A stretch of 64,000 bases of DNA. It comes from a virus. Position numbers and translations under genes: made by a program. The stretch is from the IMG/VR virus record IMGVR_UViG_3300045988_167582; one strand, written 5' to 3'. Of this stretch, positions 26,214 to 37,700 are shown in pieces (the first letter of the stretch is position 1; the number at the start of each line of letters is the position of its first letter). The notes below the pieces were generated by a model, which saw only the letters and a program-made list of their open reading frames with translations, was not told the DNA's origin and searched no databases.

Positions 26214-28265
26214 TTACTTCCACTTTCCGATAGCGTGGATGTAAATAGAACGTGTTCCATTATTGCCGTTCGTATTAGTTTGATAATATAACCAACTGCA
26301 TTTAGAGAGGTCTTTACTGTCTGGGAATGCGTTAACCCAATTCGCATAATACCATGGGCACGAACCTATCACAACAGGTTTACCGACAAAAGCAAATGGG
26401 AAAGAAGCTGAACCGCTTGTGTAGTAGATATCTGTGCTGACGGGTTCCAAAGAAATTGTAAAACTTTGTTCTCCCCAGCATTCAGCAATCCCACTATTCC
26501 ACTTTCTATAGAACCATGTTCCACTTAAACCTTGTTCAATGATATAATCCATAACAACGGACTTATTTCCCTTTGCTATATGCACCGCCCCTCCGATGGT
26601 TAAATCTCCGTTGGCATCTAAATTACCATCAATTTCGACGGGTACATGAAAGTTGAAATCATTTTTACCCCAATCGAAAGCCGGAACACCACGTGGTACG
26701 ATAACAGTTTTGGTAATAGTACTAAGTTGGTGCTCAGAATTCCCGTCTATCGCTTGAATCTGAAAATGATACTCTTTTTGGTAATTAAACTCATCATCTA
26801 AAGAAAAAGTCTGACTCGAAGTATAGCTACGTGTTCCGAATACGATTTTGGTAGATTCAATATTTTTCCACGCTCCATATGACCCGTCCGATTCTTTGTA
26901 TCTATAGCGAATAGTTAGGGTGTTTGTCATAGCCCCGAAAGAGCCCCTATAAAAATCACCGGAAAAAGACATTGTAATATCACTACCGGTCGGTTTTGGG
27001 CGAGACAGGATTGGGTTAATGGTTAACTGTATATAGGCAATTACCGTTGGGGTTATCGTAACAGAACTTGAATATCCTCTGGAGTCTGTAGTTTTGAAAG
27101 CGAATGATGTTTCGGAGCAATTCTGATAAACTTTTGTATTACCAGAAACCGAATCTCCGTTAATGAATTTTGAAACAATAGACGCAGAATTTTTTGCAGT
27201 TGCGGTAATAGTCGCAGTCGCCGTAGACTTATACCGAATCAGTTTTGAACTATCTCCTGTTAGAGCTACTGTTGCAGTATTTGTATCAATAACGGTTCCG
27301 CTTATATCTGGTGCGCCGGTTGCTGTAACTGTAATTGTGCAGGTGGTCGCATTACCGAGTACGGTTGTGCTTCCTGAGCTACTATATGTACGACAAGTAA
27401 TAGTACATTTTTCGGTCGGGGAGTTCGGAATTTCTGCATAGAACGATGTAGGAATCTTAAAGGCAATACTTGTATTACTAAACTTGACCTCAGAGGACTG
27501 AACTCCTCCTGAACTTGTAATATAACCACTTAAGCTTCCAAAATTATATTGAAGTGAATGATAATATGATGAATTATACTTCGTTACTACGACAGAGGAT
27601 GAACTTCCTATATTTGCGTCCGTTGCACCTACACTTGATGCTAAGACCTGTGCGGTTGCAGCAACTGAAACATTACTTGTAACTGTATATGTGTTTCCGG
27701 AATAAAAGGTTGAACCGTTAACTGTATGAGTCGATATCGCATAATTCGTACTCGGAGTAAAGGTGATTTTTAGTTTATCGTTGTAATAAAGCCTTGCTCC
27801 GTTTGACAGATTCCCTATTCCGCCATACCCAGAAGAAGTTCTGTTTACGGTTATGTTACTACCGGTTCCAGCTGACACATAAAGGGTGTATGTCGCTATG
27901 TTTGAAAGAGTTATATAATCATTTGCAAACTCCTGCGACCCATATGAATATATCCTTGTCCTAAAGCTTACATACACATTAGATTTTGTTCCGTCAGCAT
28001 TATGAACAATTGTTAGTGTCCCGGATGTGCTTCCTTTTTTAGCTGGGAATTCGCGGCTATCCCAAGGAGTTCTGCCTTTGTAGTATACAGTAGTCCCGTT
28101 GATACTAACGGTCGTTTCGTCGATTGTGTAGTAGTTTACTGCACCACCGGCAGATGTAAGTGTCCATGTTAAGGTTGACGAGTTTGATGCATCATCCGTA
28201 GACTCTGTAATGGTTAATTGTAAATATCGCCCATCGTATTTTGAACTTGTATATGTCCAGCTCAT
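26214..28265 (-). CDS. Receptor-binding / tail spike-like protein (Ser/Thr-rich beta repeats)
   Basis: 683 aa, repetitive T/S-rich Ig-like segments, position after Tal. Confidence 0.55.
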   Translation of the reverse strand: MSWTYTSSKYDGRYLQLTITESTDDASNSSTLTWTLTSAGGAVNYYTIDETTVSINGTTVYYKGRTPWDSREFPAKKGSTSGTLTIVHNADGTKSNVYVSFRTRIYSYGSQEFANDYITLSNIATYTLYVSAGTGSNITVNRTSSGYGGIGNLSNGARLYYNDKLKITFTPSTNYAISTHTVNGSTFYSGNTYTVTSNVSVAATAQVLASSVGATDANIGSSSSVVVTKYNSSYYHSLQYNFGSLSGYITSSGGVQSSEVKFSNTSIAFKIPTSFYAEIPNSPTEKCTITCRTYSSSGSTTVLGNATTCTITVTATGAPDISGTVIDTNTATVALTGDSSKLIRYKSTATATITATAKNSASIVSKFINGDSVSGNTKVYQNCSETSFAFKTTDSRGYSSSVTITPTVIAYIQLTINPILSRPKPTGSDITMSFSGDFYRGSFGAMTNTLTIRYRYKESDGSYGAWKNIESTKIVFGTRSYTSSQTFSLDDEFNYQKEYHFQIQAIDGNSEHQLSTITKTVIVPRGVPAFDWGKNDFNFHVPVEIDGNLDANGDLTIGGAVHIAKGNKSVVMDYIIEQGLSGTWFYRKWNSGIAECWGEQSFTISLEPVSTDIYYTSGSASFPFAFVGKPVVIGSCPWYYANWVNAFPDSKDLSKCSWLYYQTNTNGNNGTRSIYIHAIGKWK

Positions 28266-28290
28266 AGCTGCTCCTTTCTTTCTATATTAT

Positions 28291-30807
28291 TTAGTTTCCT
28301 ATATAGAAGCAGGCAGTCCGATTGGAGTCGGTTCCGTCTGAGTAATCCTCAAGGCGGCTATTTGCCCCAACAATCAGATACTGCCGTGCAGTTAAGTTAA
28401 TTGCGCTAACACCTTCGTTGTTAGCTGTAAGAATTTCCGTTCCGGAACGAGTAACATACATTCCGGTGTTGTCCAAAAGATTTTTGATTTCTTCGCCGCT
28501 TTTATAAATGGTGAGACCATCAGCGTTGAAGGTATAGCCTGTGCGAGTCGTAACTTGGTCAACATCTACGCTGTATGTCCCATCAGGGTTCTGAACAGAG
28601 ATTTGTTCCACGATAATATTTATGCCATCAGCCTTTTGTTCAATGGACGAAATTTGTTTGATAATACTTGCGCTGCCATCTGGCTGAAGCTGGTTGTCAT
28701 CGCCATAAATAACTTTATCGACAAATGTTTTTATCTTTCCATCCACAACTGTAAACAGGTCATTACCATCCTTGTCAAGAATACGAACATTGTGTCCGAT
28801 AAACATATCGCCAATGATTGTTTCCGCGTTAATGCCGTATGCCGATGTTTCGTCACCAATAATTAACTCTCCGAGAGCAACTTTGCAGCTTTCCCAAGCA
28901 TCATCCGTAAAGACAAGAGTTCTGCCAGTTAATTTAACCTGTCGGGGGTCAAAAGCTCCGTTACTGAGCCGCTTTTTGCCAGTATAGCCAGAACCATCAA
29001 TTAAGACTTCCTCACTATCAGAGGCTAAAGCCCTGCTCATGGTCAGATTCCTTGAGGTTTGCAGTGACTCCTTCATTGAGTCAAACTCGCCATTTTTGAT
29101 AGGGTAGAGAATCTCTTTAATATAGTTTAGCGTATTTGCAGACTTTGAAATATCGCCCAATACATCGTCGAAGAGTGAACGCGGGTCGAATTTATTAAAT
29201 CTATTTCCGAATGTCATGCTCAACGCATGGTCATCATAGTTAATGGTAATATTAGAGAGAAACAGGAGGGCTATATCATCTGTCTCAAGTTCCACGTTGA
29301 TAAGACAGCCTGTTTCAAGCTGCTCACTCCAATGCTGAAACTCTTTGATGAAAATGAAGTTCTCTGCATCAATGCTGAATTCCTGTGTAGGCTGAGACAC
29401 TCGCTCTAATCTGGCTTTTGCTCTGTCGTACAGAATCTTCATCTGCGAAAACTTTTCTGAGTATGACATGATGTCTGTAATGGTTACATATTCATCTGTA
29501 TAACTACCCTCAAAAATATAGTGGCTAAGTTCGGAATACTCATCTTCAGTAAAATATTTTGTAATTGATAAAGACCCTTGCATTTTCTTGATTTTTGTTT
29601 TCAGGTCATCAATTTCTTCATTCACCTTGCCGAGTTCCGTCCCGACATTTTCCTGCTTGCTTTCACACTGTGCAATTAAATTATCGATATACTCTAAGGT
29701 GTCGGCTATTTCAGGATATACTTCAATTGGCGTGCCGCCGTTTTCAACAATTACAGTATTATAGCTACCGACGAGAGAAGTATCTGATTCCGCCACAACG
29801 TTATTTCTGCAGCGGGTATACATTGTGATTTGCATAGCATACTTCTGAAAATCCATCTGTAGCTCATTTGCTTTTTGCAGCTTATCGTAATACTGCAAAT
29901 TAAGGTCATAATACGGTGTCATTGCGTTTTCAACAGCCTGTTCCCACGCCTTGACTTTCTCTCGTAATGCTTCGCTCATCCAATCCAAATAGAAATCAAA
30001 GTTGTAAATAACATTTGTTCCTGTCGGATTGATGGCTGCGATTGTTACATTTTCATCACCCATAACGCTGATTGCGGTATATAGGTCATCGGCGTTTTCA
30101 GTAATGTCCAGCGAATTGATTAAATCGTCTTTTGTCAGATGTATATCGGTTTGACGAACATAATTGGCTTGGTCATACACATTTATGATGCGGTTGATAA
30201 TATCGAAAACGAAGATACATTCATAAGCATCCTGAACATTATCCATAAGAAAGCCTAAGCAGTTAAGAGATGTATCTACGCCTTCAAATGTTCTATAACG
30301 TTTTGCAACAGCGTCGTCAATATATCCGATTGTCCACAGAGGGAGTACCTCGACGATGGTTTCGATAATTCCCTTGTTCGTCCCAGTTTCGTCAGAGGTA
30401 AACCTATATGTCCCGTCCTCAATATATGGAATCATTTTTTGCTGGATTTCAACATCGATAGACTGAGCGCTAACATCCTTATAATGCACGCTTTCTGAGT
30501 ACCCATCTTCGATGTTTGTAATCATAAAATAACCGATGTCGTCCACAAAAATCAGTCTGCGGTTTTGCACGGCACGGTATAGAGCGTAGGTGTGCGCGTT
30601 ATCTTCTGCGTCTTCCCTGCGAATCTTATTGACTCTAAAATTGAGTTCGCTGATAGAGTTGAAATTGAATACAATTTCTTCAGCCTCGTGGTCTGTTAAA
30701 ATGCCAACCGTATTGGTAAGCAGTCCATCCTTATAGACACTTCCCGGACTACATAATGTCAGTTTAGGGACTTCGAGGCGGTTGAGAGTACTGTATCGAA
30801 CAAGCAT
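28291..30807 (-). CDS. Tail-associated lysin-like / minor structural protein (Tal)
   Basis: 838 aa directly after Dit. Typical siphovirus order TMP-Dit-Tal. Confidence 0.6.
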   Translation of the reverse strand: MLVRYSTLNRLEVPKLTLCSPGSVYKDGLLTNTVGILTDHEAEEIVFNFNSISELNFRVNKIRREDAEDNAHTYALYRAVQNRRLIFVDDIGYFMITNIEDGYSESVHYKDVSAQSIDVEIQQKMIPYIEDGTYRFTSDETGTNKGIIETIVEVLPLWTIGYIDDAVAKRYRTFEGVDTSLNCLGFLMDNVQDAYECIFVFDIINRIINVYDQANYVRQTDIHLTKDDLINSLDITENADDLYTAISVMGDENVTIAAINPTGTNVIYNFDFYLDWMSEALREKVKAWEQAVENAMTPYYDLNLQYYDKLQKANELQMDFQKYAMQITMYTRCRNNVVAESDTSLVGSYNTVIVENGGTPIEVYPEIADTLEYIDNLIAQCESKQENVGTELGKVNEEIDDLKTKIKKMQGSLSITKYFTEDEYSELSHYIFEGSYTDEYVTITDIMSYSEKFSQMKILYDRAKARLERVSQPTQEFSIDAENFIFIKEFQHWSEQLETGCLINVELETDDIALLFLSNITINYDDHALSMTFGNRFNKFDPRSLFDDVLGDISKSANTLNYIKEILYPIKNGEFDSMKESLQTSRNLTMSRALASDSEEVLIDGSGYTGKKRLSNGAFDPRQVKLTGRTLVFTDDAWESCKVALGELIIGDETSAYGINAETIIGDMFIGHNVRILDKDGNDLFTVVDGKIKTFVDKVIYGDDNQLQPDGSASIIKQISSIEQKADGINIIVEQISVQNPDGTYSVDVDQVTTRTGYTFNADGLTIYKSGEEIKNLLDNTGMYVTRSGTEILTANNEGVSAINLTARQYLIVGANSRLEDYSDGTDSNRTACFYIGN

Positions 30808-31640
30808 TACAACGACCTCCTGTTTTGAAATTCGATTTTCATAGAAGCGACATTACCCATTACTGTAAGTTTATTTTCACCATCAAGCAGCCTGATGAAG
30901 TTCTGCTTTGCGAACTTTTCATAATACTGACCGCTGACATAGTTCAGCTCGCCTTTCATAACGATAGTTGCATACGGGGATAATCCCACAAACTTAGTAA
31001 GGCGTGTACTATCGTCAGAGTTGTTCGAGATGATGATATCTCCGCCAACGCCACCCATGTTAATGGTGACTTTCGGATATACGTAGTCATCAATATCTGA
31101 GTCAACGGTAACGCTAACTACAGAACTAATATCTTCGTAGGCGTTGCCGACGGAATAGGACTTCTCAATTGCATCCTGCCAAAACATATTACTGTCTGCT
31201 TCGAGCGTAGCTTTATACCCGACAATTCCGCCATTGTATTCAAGCTTCTCCGGATTTACAAATCGGCAATTTAAGTAGTTGCGTTTGCGGACGCCATCAA
31301 TGTATTCAAAAGTTTCTCCGTACAAATCGTCAGCTATATCAAAATATAATTTGCAGTACTCTCGCTTGTTAAACAACCATTTTTCAATTGTTCGACGCTC
31401 CGACAGTTCCAGCAATCGCTCGTTATCTGTAACAAATTCGATATCAAATGAAAGTATTGCCCCGGAGTAATCATCATCCATAAGATATTTGCGTTTTGCT
31501 TTCTTGCTAAAAAGAGAAATGCTTTCCTTGGCGCCGCCGAGCTGAAGCATTCTTTCTGTTCCAATCGTAGCGATAATTAAGCCATACTGTCTTGACATCT
31601 TTCCAGCATACTCAAAATGAGAACCATAAATATCAGCCAT
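30807..31640 (-). CDS. Distal tail protein (Dit)
   Basis: 277 aa immediately downstream of the tape measure. Confidence 0.6.
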   Translation of the reverse strand: MADIYGSHFEYAGKMSRQYGLIIATIGTERMLQLGGAKESISLFSKKAKRKYLMDDDYSGAILSFDIEFVTDNERLLELSERRTIEKWLFNKREYCKLYFDIADDLYGETFEYIDGVRKRNYLNCRFVNPEKLEYNGGIVGYKATLEADSNMFWQDAIEKSYSVGNAYEDISSVVSVTVDSDIDDYVYPKVTINMGGVGGDIIISNNSDDSTRLTKFVGLSPYATIVMKGELNYVSGQYYEKFAKQNFIRLLDGENKLTVMGNVASMKIEFQNRRSL

Positions 31641-31687
31641 CTCATCACGCTCCTTTCTGTGTTAATTTTCTGAAATAAATATTGTTG

Positions 31688-31755
31688 CACCCTTTACCGC
31701 AAAGGGTGGGTAGAAGTGCGTAAATAGAACCGGGCTCCCCTATAATCGGGGAGCC
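31688..31755 (-). terminator. Two GC-rich hairpins after the tape-measure gene
   Basis: GGCTCCCC-7-GGGGAGCC (31733-31755) and CACCCTTT-5-AAAGGGTG (31688-31708). T-rich tract follows only loosely. Confidence 0.45.
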
Positions 31756-31762
31756 ACGATTA

Positions 31763-34700
31763 TTACTTATTAAGCTTGTTGAATTCCTTTAACATGGTTT
31801 CAACAGCTGAACGCTGTTCTCTGCGAATCGCAGATACCGTTTGCTGGTCGGCGTTACCACGAACGATAATATCGCCCATATTGATTTCGTTTTGACGAAT
31901 AACAGGTTGAATAGTGTCGAGCAAGCTTCCGCCGAGAGCGCTGCGGATAATCTTCTTTAGGATTTCTCCGCCGCCATTTGCAAACTCATAGAGGAAGTCG
32001 CTTGCCTTGGCATTAAGCACCTTTTCTCCTCCGGTGAAGAGTTTATACCTCACACCATCCTTGGACTCAAAGGTCGTTTCTGTACCAAGTTCGTCGATTG
32101 AATGAAGTCCCGCCGTTGCCTTCTTGGTTCCAGTAGCGTATCCAACGATATCAGATTTGTTAATCCATCCGGTATATACGCCGTTTCTTCCGATAAGAAC
32201 TTCGTTCCCTTTTGTTTGATAAACGGTGTATGTTCCGCCCGGTACGAAAGATGCCATACGAACGCCACGGCTCTTTGAACTGAAGTGCGTCGCGGTCTTT
32301 TTAACCGTAATCGAAGAACCTTTAGATAGCGACGGTGCATTGCTCTGTGAGGTTGATGGCTTAGAGGACGAAGAATTGGAGGGCGGTTTCTGACTTTGAT
32401 TTGAGGGATTTGTACCAGACACCGCTGAGGTATCCCATCCGGTATTGGGCTTATATCCCGTCGCATTTGTCAGCTTGACACCCTTATAATCCTTACCGTA
32501 AAGTTCCTTATATTCAAGAAGTGCCTTATAAGCTTCCTCGTAAGTATCTTTAACATCGTCGTCATTGCCGGTGCCGTACTTACGGTTGTATTCAAGCATT
32601 TGCTGATACAGATTTCCCGTGTTTTCCTGAATTGCAAGGAGGGCTTTGTTGAACATCATCTCGGGATTGTTCAACTCTGCATCAAGTGCATCAATCTGCT
32701 TTTGAAGCTGCTCTTCCTGTGCGTTATAGGAATCCTCTAATGCGTCAAGAGCAAGGTCGAGAGCGTGCTGCTTTTCAAAATCATCCAGCTCACCCTGTGC
32801 GTCAGCAAGGTCTTTCTGTAATTCTGCTTTACGCTTTTGTGCCCACGCGGAATCGTCAGATTCCAATTGCGCCAGCTGTGCCTGAATATCAGAAACACTC
32901 TTTCGTTTTTCTGACTGTTCTTTGAGATACTCCTCTTCATCATATTGGTCTTGGAGCATCTCTTTTTGCTTATCATAAAACTCCTTAAGATAATCAAGCT
33001 TTTTATCGATAGCGTCTTTTTGATTTTCGATATCCTGCTTAATCATGTCCTCCTGATAATCGACAAGTTCTTCTAAGGCATCTTTGGCGTTATCCTTGAT
33101 ATCGTCCTCGATGTCTTTGATTGCATCCTTGTATGATGCCCACTTATCCTGCAGGGACTGGATATAGTCGTCCGTGTCGTCTAACCCTTGGGCGCGGGCG
33201 GCTTTGATTTCCTTTTCAACAGCGCTGATAAGCGTCTTATACATAGAGATGATTTTCTTGCTCTCGCCGTCGTAATTCTTACGCATAGAGATTTCGTGCT
33301 CAACATCGTTCAGATAGTCCTTAAACAAGTCCCGAAGACCCTTATAGACTTCTTCTTGATATTTATAGAAATCATCAAGAGTAATAATGTTCTCTTTGTA
33401 TGCCTGTTGATAAGCGCTATTCAGCCAATTCAGATAGTCCTCGACATTTTCGGCATCCATATCAAGCAAATGATTATGCATCTTATATTGCTTTTCAAAC
33501 CAGTTTTCCTCGTCTTTTTTGCTTGAACTTTTGGAACCAGAACCAGAGCCAGACTTAGAGCCAGACTTAGAGCCAGACTTAGAGCCAGACTTAGAGCCAG
33601 AACTTGCCTTTTTGTTGTTTGTGGAAAACTTATTGAGGCTTGTATTCCGAAGTGCTTTTAATGCCGCTATCTGACCGTCAATTTGAGAAATTGCCTGAGT
33701 ATAGTTGGAGATATCCAGTTCAAGGTCTGAGATGAAGTCTTCAAGAGCAATCGTCTTTGATTCGTAAGAATATGATGTTCCCTTGAAATTTCCGCTTGAA
33801 ACGGTTATATTACCCTTACTACCAGAAGAGCCGCCAGCGCCTTCGCCATTTACGTTACTCGAGCCCTGTACCTTACCGCTTCCGATACCCGCAATTGCCA
33901 ATGCTGCCTGATGTGCCTGTTTAGCAACTGAAGCAATTGACAATTTTGAGTTCTGCATATTTTTATAGATTGACTGCGCAGCATCATAAGCAGCCTGATT
34001 AAAGTTGCCCTGAACATCTGTGCATACTTCTGCAGCAACGCGATTAAACTCTTCGGAGTTTTGCGCCATCGCGGCACACGCTAATTGATACGCCGTTGCT
34101 TCATCAATGCCAGCTGCAATCATCGCCTGAACTACAGCGTTACCGGCGTTAACCCTGTATTCTGCAACTTCTTTAGAAATTTGTCCTTCACCAGTACCCA
34201 CGCTCTTTGCAAGTTCAAGCTGCGCTTTGGAAAATTCCATTTTTGCAGTGAGGACAGATTTATCCGCTTCGAGCTCTGCAATTTTGGCATCAATTTGAGC
34301 TTTAAGTTCGGATTCCTTGCCGGAGATAAAGGCGTTAACAACGCCCTCGTTTAGAGTGATTTGACCATCTGCGGCAACTGTAGCGTTGTTCAAAATCTCC
34401 GGATATACCTTTGCAAACTCTAAAGCCTTTTCAAGTGAAATCGTAAAGCCATTTGCAACGGTTTCCTGAAGGTCGGCAACGGTCGTAAGTGCATTAGATA
34501 CGGATGTAATCGCATTTGCGATGTTAGAGAAGTTATTAAGCGCTGCTGAATATGCATCAAGGGAGGTAGCGATTTCGCCGTACAGCGTTTTGTAAATACC
34601 AAGCTTTGCTTGATTGGCTTCAATTGCAGCCGCGTTCTCATTCATCGCAGAAGTGTTTGCCTCTACAGCAGCAGTGTACTCTGACTGCCTGTAGGCTCCG

Positions 34701-37700
34701 GGCTCTATTGCACCGACATAATCATCTGCATAAACTTTTGCATTCTGCAGAGCTTCATTTTGCTCTTCAAGGGCTGCCTTTTCGTTTTCAAGTTCAGTAA
34801 TACTCGCCTCTATAGCGCGAATATTTTCCTCCATTTTAGCATTGGCGTATTCTTTCCATGCTTCTGTATTGAGTTTGACGACACCATTTTCTTCGTAAAG
34901 GTAGTCCAAATAGTCTGATGTTGAGTCTGCTAATGCTTTGATTGTATCAGCCGACAGCCCACCTGAAGCCATTTCTTCTTCTGCGGTGGTTAAAATGCTA
35001 TATGCGTCTTTTAGGCTTGTCAGTGATTTTGATAAATCAGACAATGAGTCGTTTGATTTATTTGCCTCTTCTCGACTTTCTTGAAGCTTTTTAATCCAAT
35101 CATCAAGCGTCCAAGATGTAGTGTCGTTATTTAAGGAGATTTCATATACTAACGAGAAATCGTCGCTATTAAGGGAATTGAGCCAATCCTTGTTCTTATC
35201 CTCGACCTTTTTCAATAATTCGTCATATTGACCCTCGATGTCGTTCTCGTCAAAGCCGAGAGCTAAATATATTTTCTTTTGTGTGTCTTCGTCGAACTGG
35301 TCAATGACGCTCTTAGCGTTTTTAATTCCGTTAATATACTCTTCGATAGTACAGTCGCCGCCATCATACTTTGCCTTCAAATCAAAAGTTGCTGTCAAAG
35401 TATTTGCGTCAGCTGTACTTAGTTTCCCAAATGACCCAAGAAGGTTATTGAGGTAATTGTATAAGTCGTTTAATGAATCAAATTGAGAATAGAAATCTGC
35501 ATCAAAACCAGATACAATATTACTTACAAGATTTTGAACAGCGGGCGAAATATTAGAATACGACTCCAAAAATGCGTTGCTGATATAAGCGCTAACGATG
35601 GATTGCATATTCTGCGCCGCAGCAGCCATTTCCGTATCAAAATTGCCAACGATACCAGATACGACTTCTTTATTTTCGCGTATAGCCCGAGCAATAAACT
35701 CACGACCTGTTTCACCGCCAAGTCCAAGAAATCCATCTGTTTGTTGTTCCAACCCGGCATCTTTTAATGCTTGAACAATTTGCACCGCATTCGATGTGCC
35801 AGCTCGTGCATATTCATCAATTGCCGCTTCAATATCTGTGGCGGATAAAATCTTTTTCAGTGCATCATTTGCTTTTGTTGTGTACTCATTGCCCTTGAAA
35901 TTGGACTCATCAAAATCCTTTTTCTTATCTTTGAAATCATCGAGTAATTCAAGAGCTTCCCCAAGAACTTTGTTGTTCTGAGCTTTTACAAGGTTATTAT
36001 AAGCCTGTGTAAGTTCTTCAACATTGCCCTTACACGATAAAATAGCTACACCTTCCTCATTATAGCCTTTTATCATAGTTGGGAACATATCGGCAATCTG
36101 ACCGACTATATCTTTATACTCTTCATACTGCTCGGCAGAGAGTGAAATACGGTTTCCAAAAGCATCGACACCCTGCGATAATTCCGCATACCTATCGGAT
36201 ATCTTATCCAGTGTTCCTTTTGAAGATGTCATCTCGGACTGCTGTTCTCTATATGCCTCTGCCGTATCAATTGCGGCTTGACGTGCTTCGTCAGTTTTTT
36301 GGTTATATAAAGATAACCCGCCGACAAGCGCAGTAAGAGCAGCGAGAACAAGACCGATTACAGGAATCGACGCTTGCATTGCGGCGCTGGCTGACACAGT
36401 TCCAGCGGCATAAGCTTTCCAAGCCGTAACAGCGGTGGGCAAGATGTTAATAACATTCGTTATTCCGCTCTTTAAGCTTCCGAAAAATGAAATTATCTTT
36501 TTGACTGCCGCGACAGCAAGCAATTGAACTTTACAAGCAATAAGTCCGCCTTTTGTAATTAAAAGAGCAGAAGTAACAGCAAGCAGTATTGTCTTTAATC
36601 CGCCGAGCGCTGTGATAACTTTCGATACTCCATTTAAGAAGTCGAGAATTCCGGTTCCTGCATCAATGAATACTTTTACTAAATCGCTACTAATCACATT
36701 ATTAGACAGCGTTTCAAAGCTTGCCTTCATAATGTTGATTTTGCCCTGAATAGACTCTAAAACTTTCTCGTTTTCTTTTAGAGCAGAGCCCGCAGAATTA
36801 GCAGATGTTTTCAACGCTTCTTCTGCAACTGAAAAGTTATCCAACAGTGCGGCAACAACGTTTGAGTTTCGCTTACCACCGACCATCTCGAGGATATTTG
36901 CCTGCGTTAAGTCGGTTAACTCTCCCCAGACCTCAGAAAGTTCTTTGAGTATCTGATAGGTTGATTTGAATGTATCTTCGTCGATTTGAATATCAACTTT
37001 ATTATTTGTGAGGGCTAAAATGTCCTCGCGAAGCTTGGACACGCTGGTCGCCATTCCGTCGGTTGCTTCTCCGGCTTCTTCTGCTTCTGTTTTAGCGGCG
37101 CGGAGATACATGGACACGGTTTTGAGCGTTGTACCGACTTTTTCAGGGTCTTGAACAATTGTATTTGCAGCCGTGGCGAGTGCAATTGTTTCATCGAGCG
37201 AGTTGTTGGCTGCGTGCATAGCAGCAGCGGAACGGAGGAGTGCCTCTCCAACACCTTCGGATGATATCGCGTAATTGTTACCAACCTCGTTGAATTTATC
37301 AACGATAGTCATTGTGTCATCAGCAGCAATATCGAAAGCTTGCATAGTTGCAATAATGCTTTCCGATGCTTCGCTGATATCCTTAATGCCATCACCAACA
37401 TTTTTATAAACAATCGCAGTATCGGCAAGTTTTTCAGCTTCTTCAATGCTGAACCCAAGTCTTGCAAAATCGGCTGTGGCAGTTACAGTATCTGACAATG
37501 CAGCACCAAGTTGTTTCGCTCTCGAGGCGGCATTGACAAGAAATTTTTCGTAGGTGGCATCCGTCTCATTTGTAACCTTTTTAAGTTCAGTCATTGCCGT
37601 GTCAAGTTCGATTACAGCAGAAACCATTTGCTTAACGCTGCGGAATGCCGCCATAATTACTCTTGTAATACTAAACCATGTTCCGAACTTACTTGACAAG

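Noticed and set aside
24071-28265. Diversity-generating retroelement or invertible fibre cassette in the tail-fibre region
   Set aside because: There is no reverse transcriptase anywhere in the window. I saw no template/variable repeat pair and no inverted repeats flanking the fibre C-termini.
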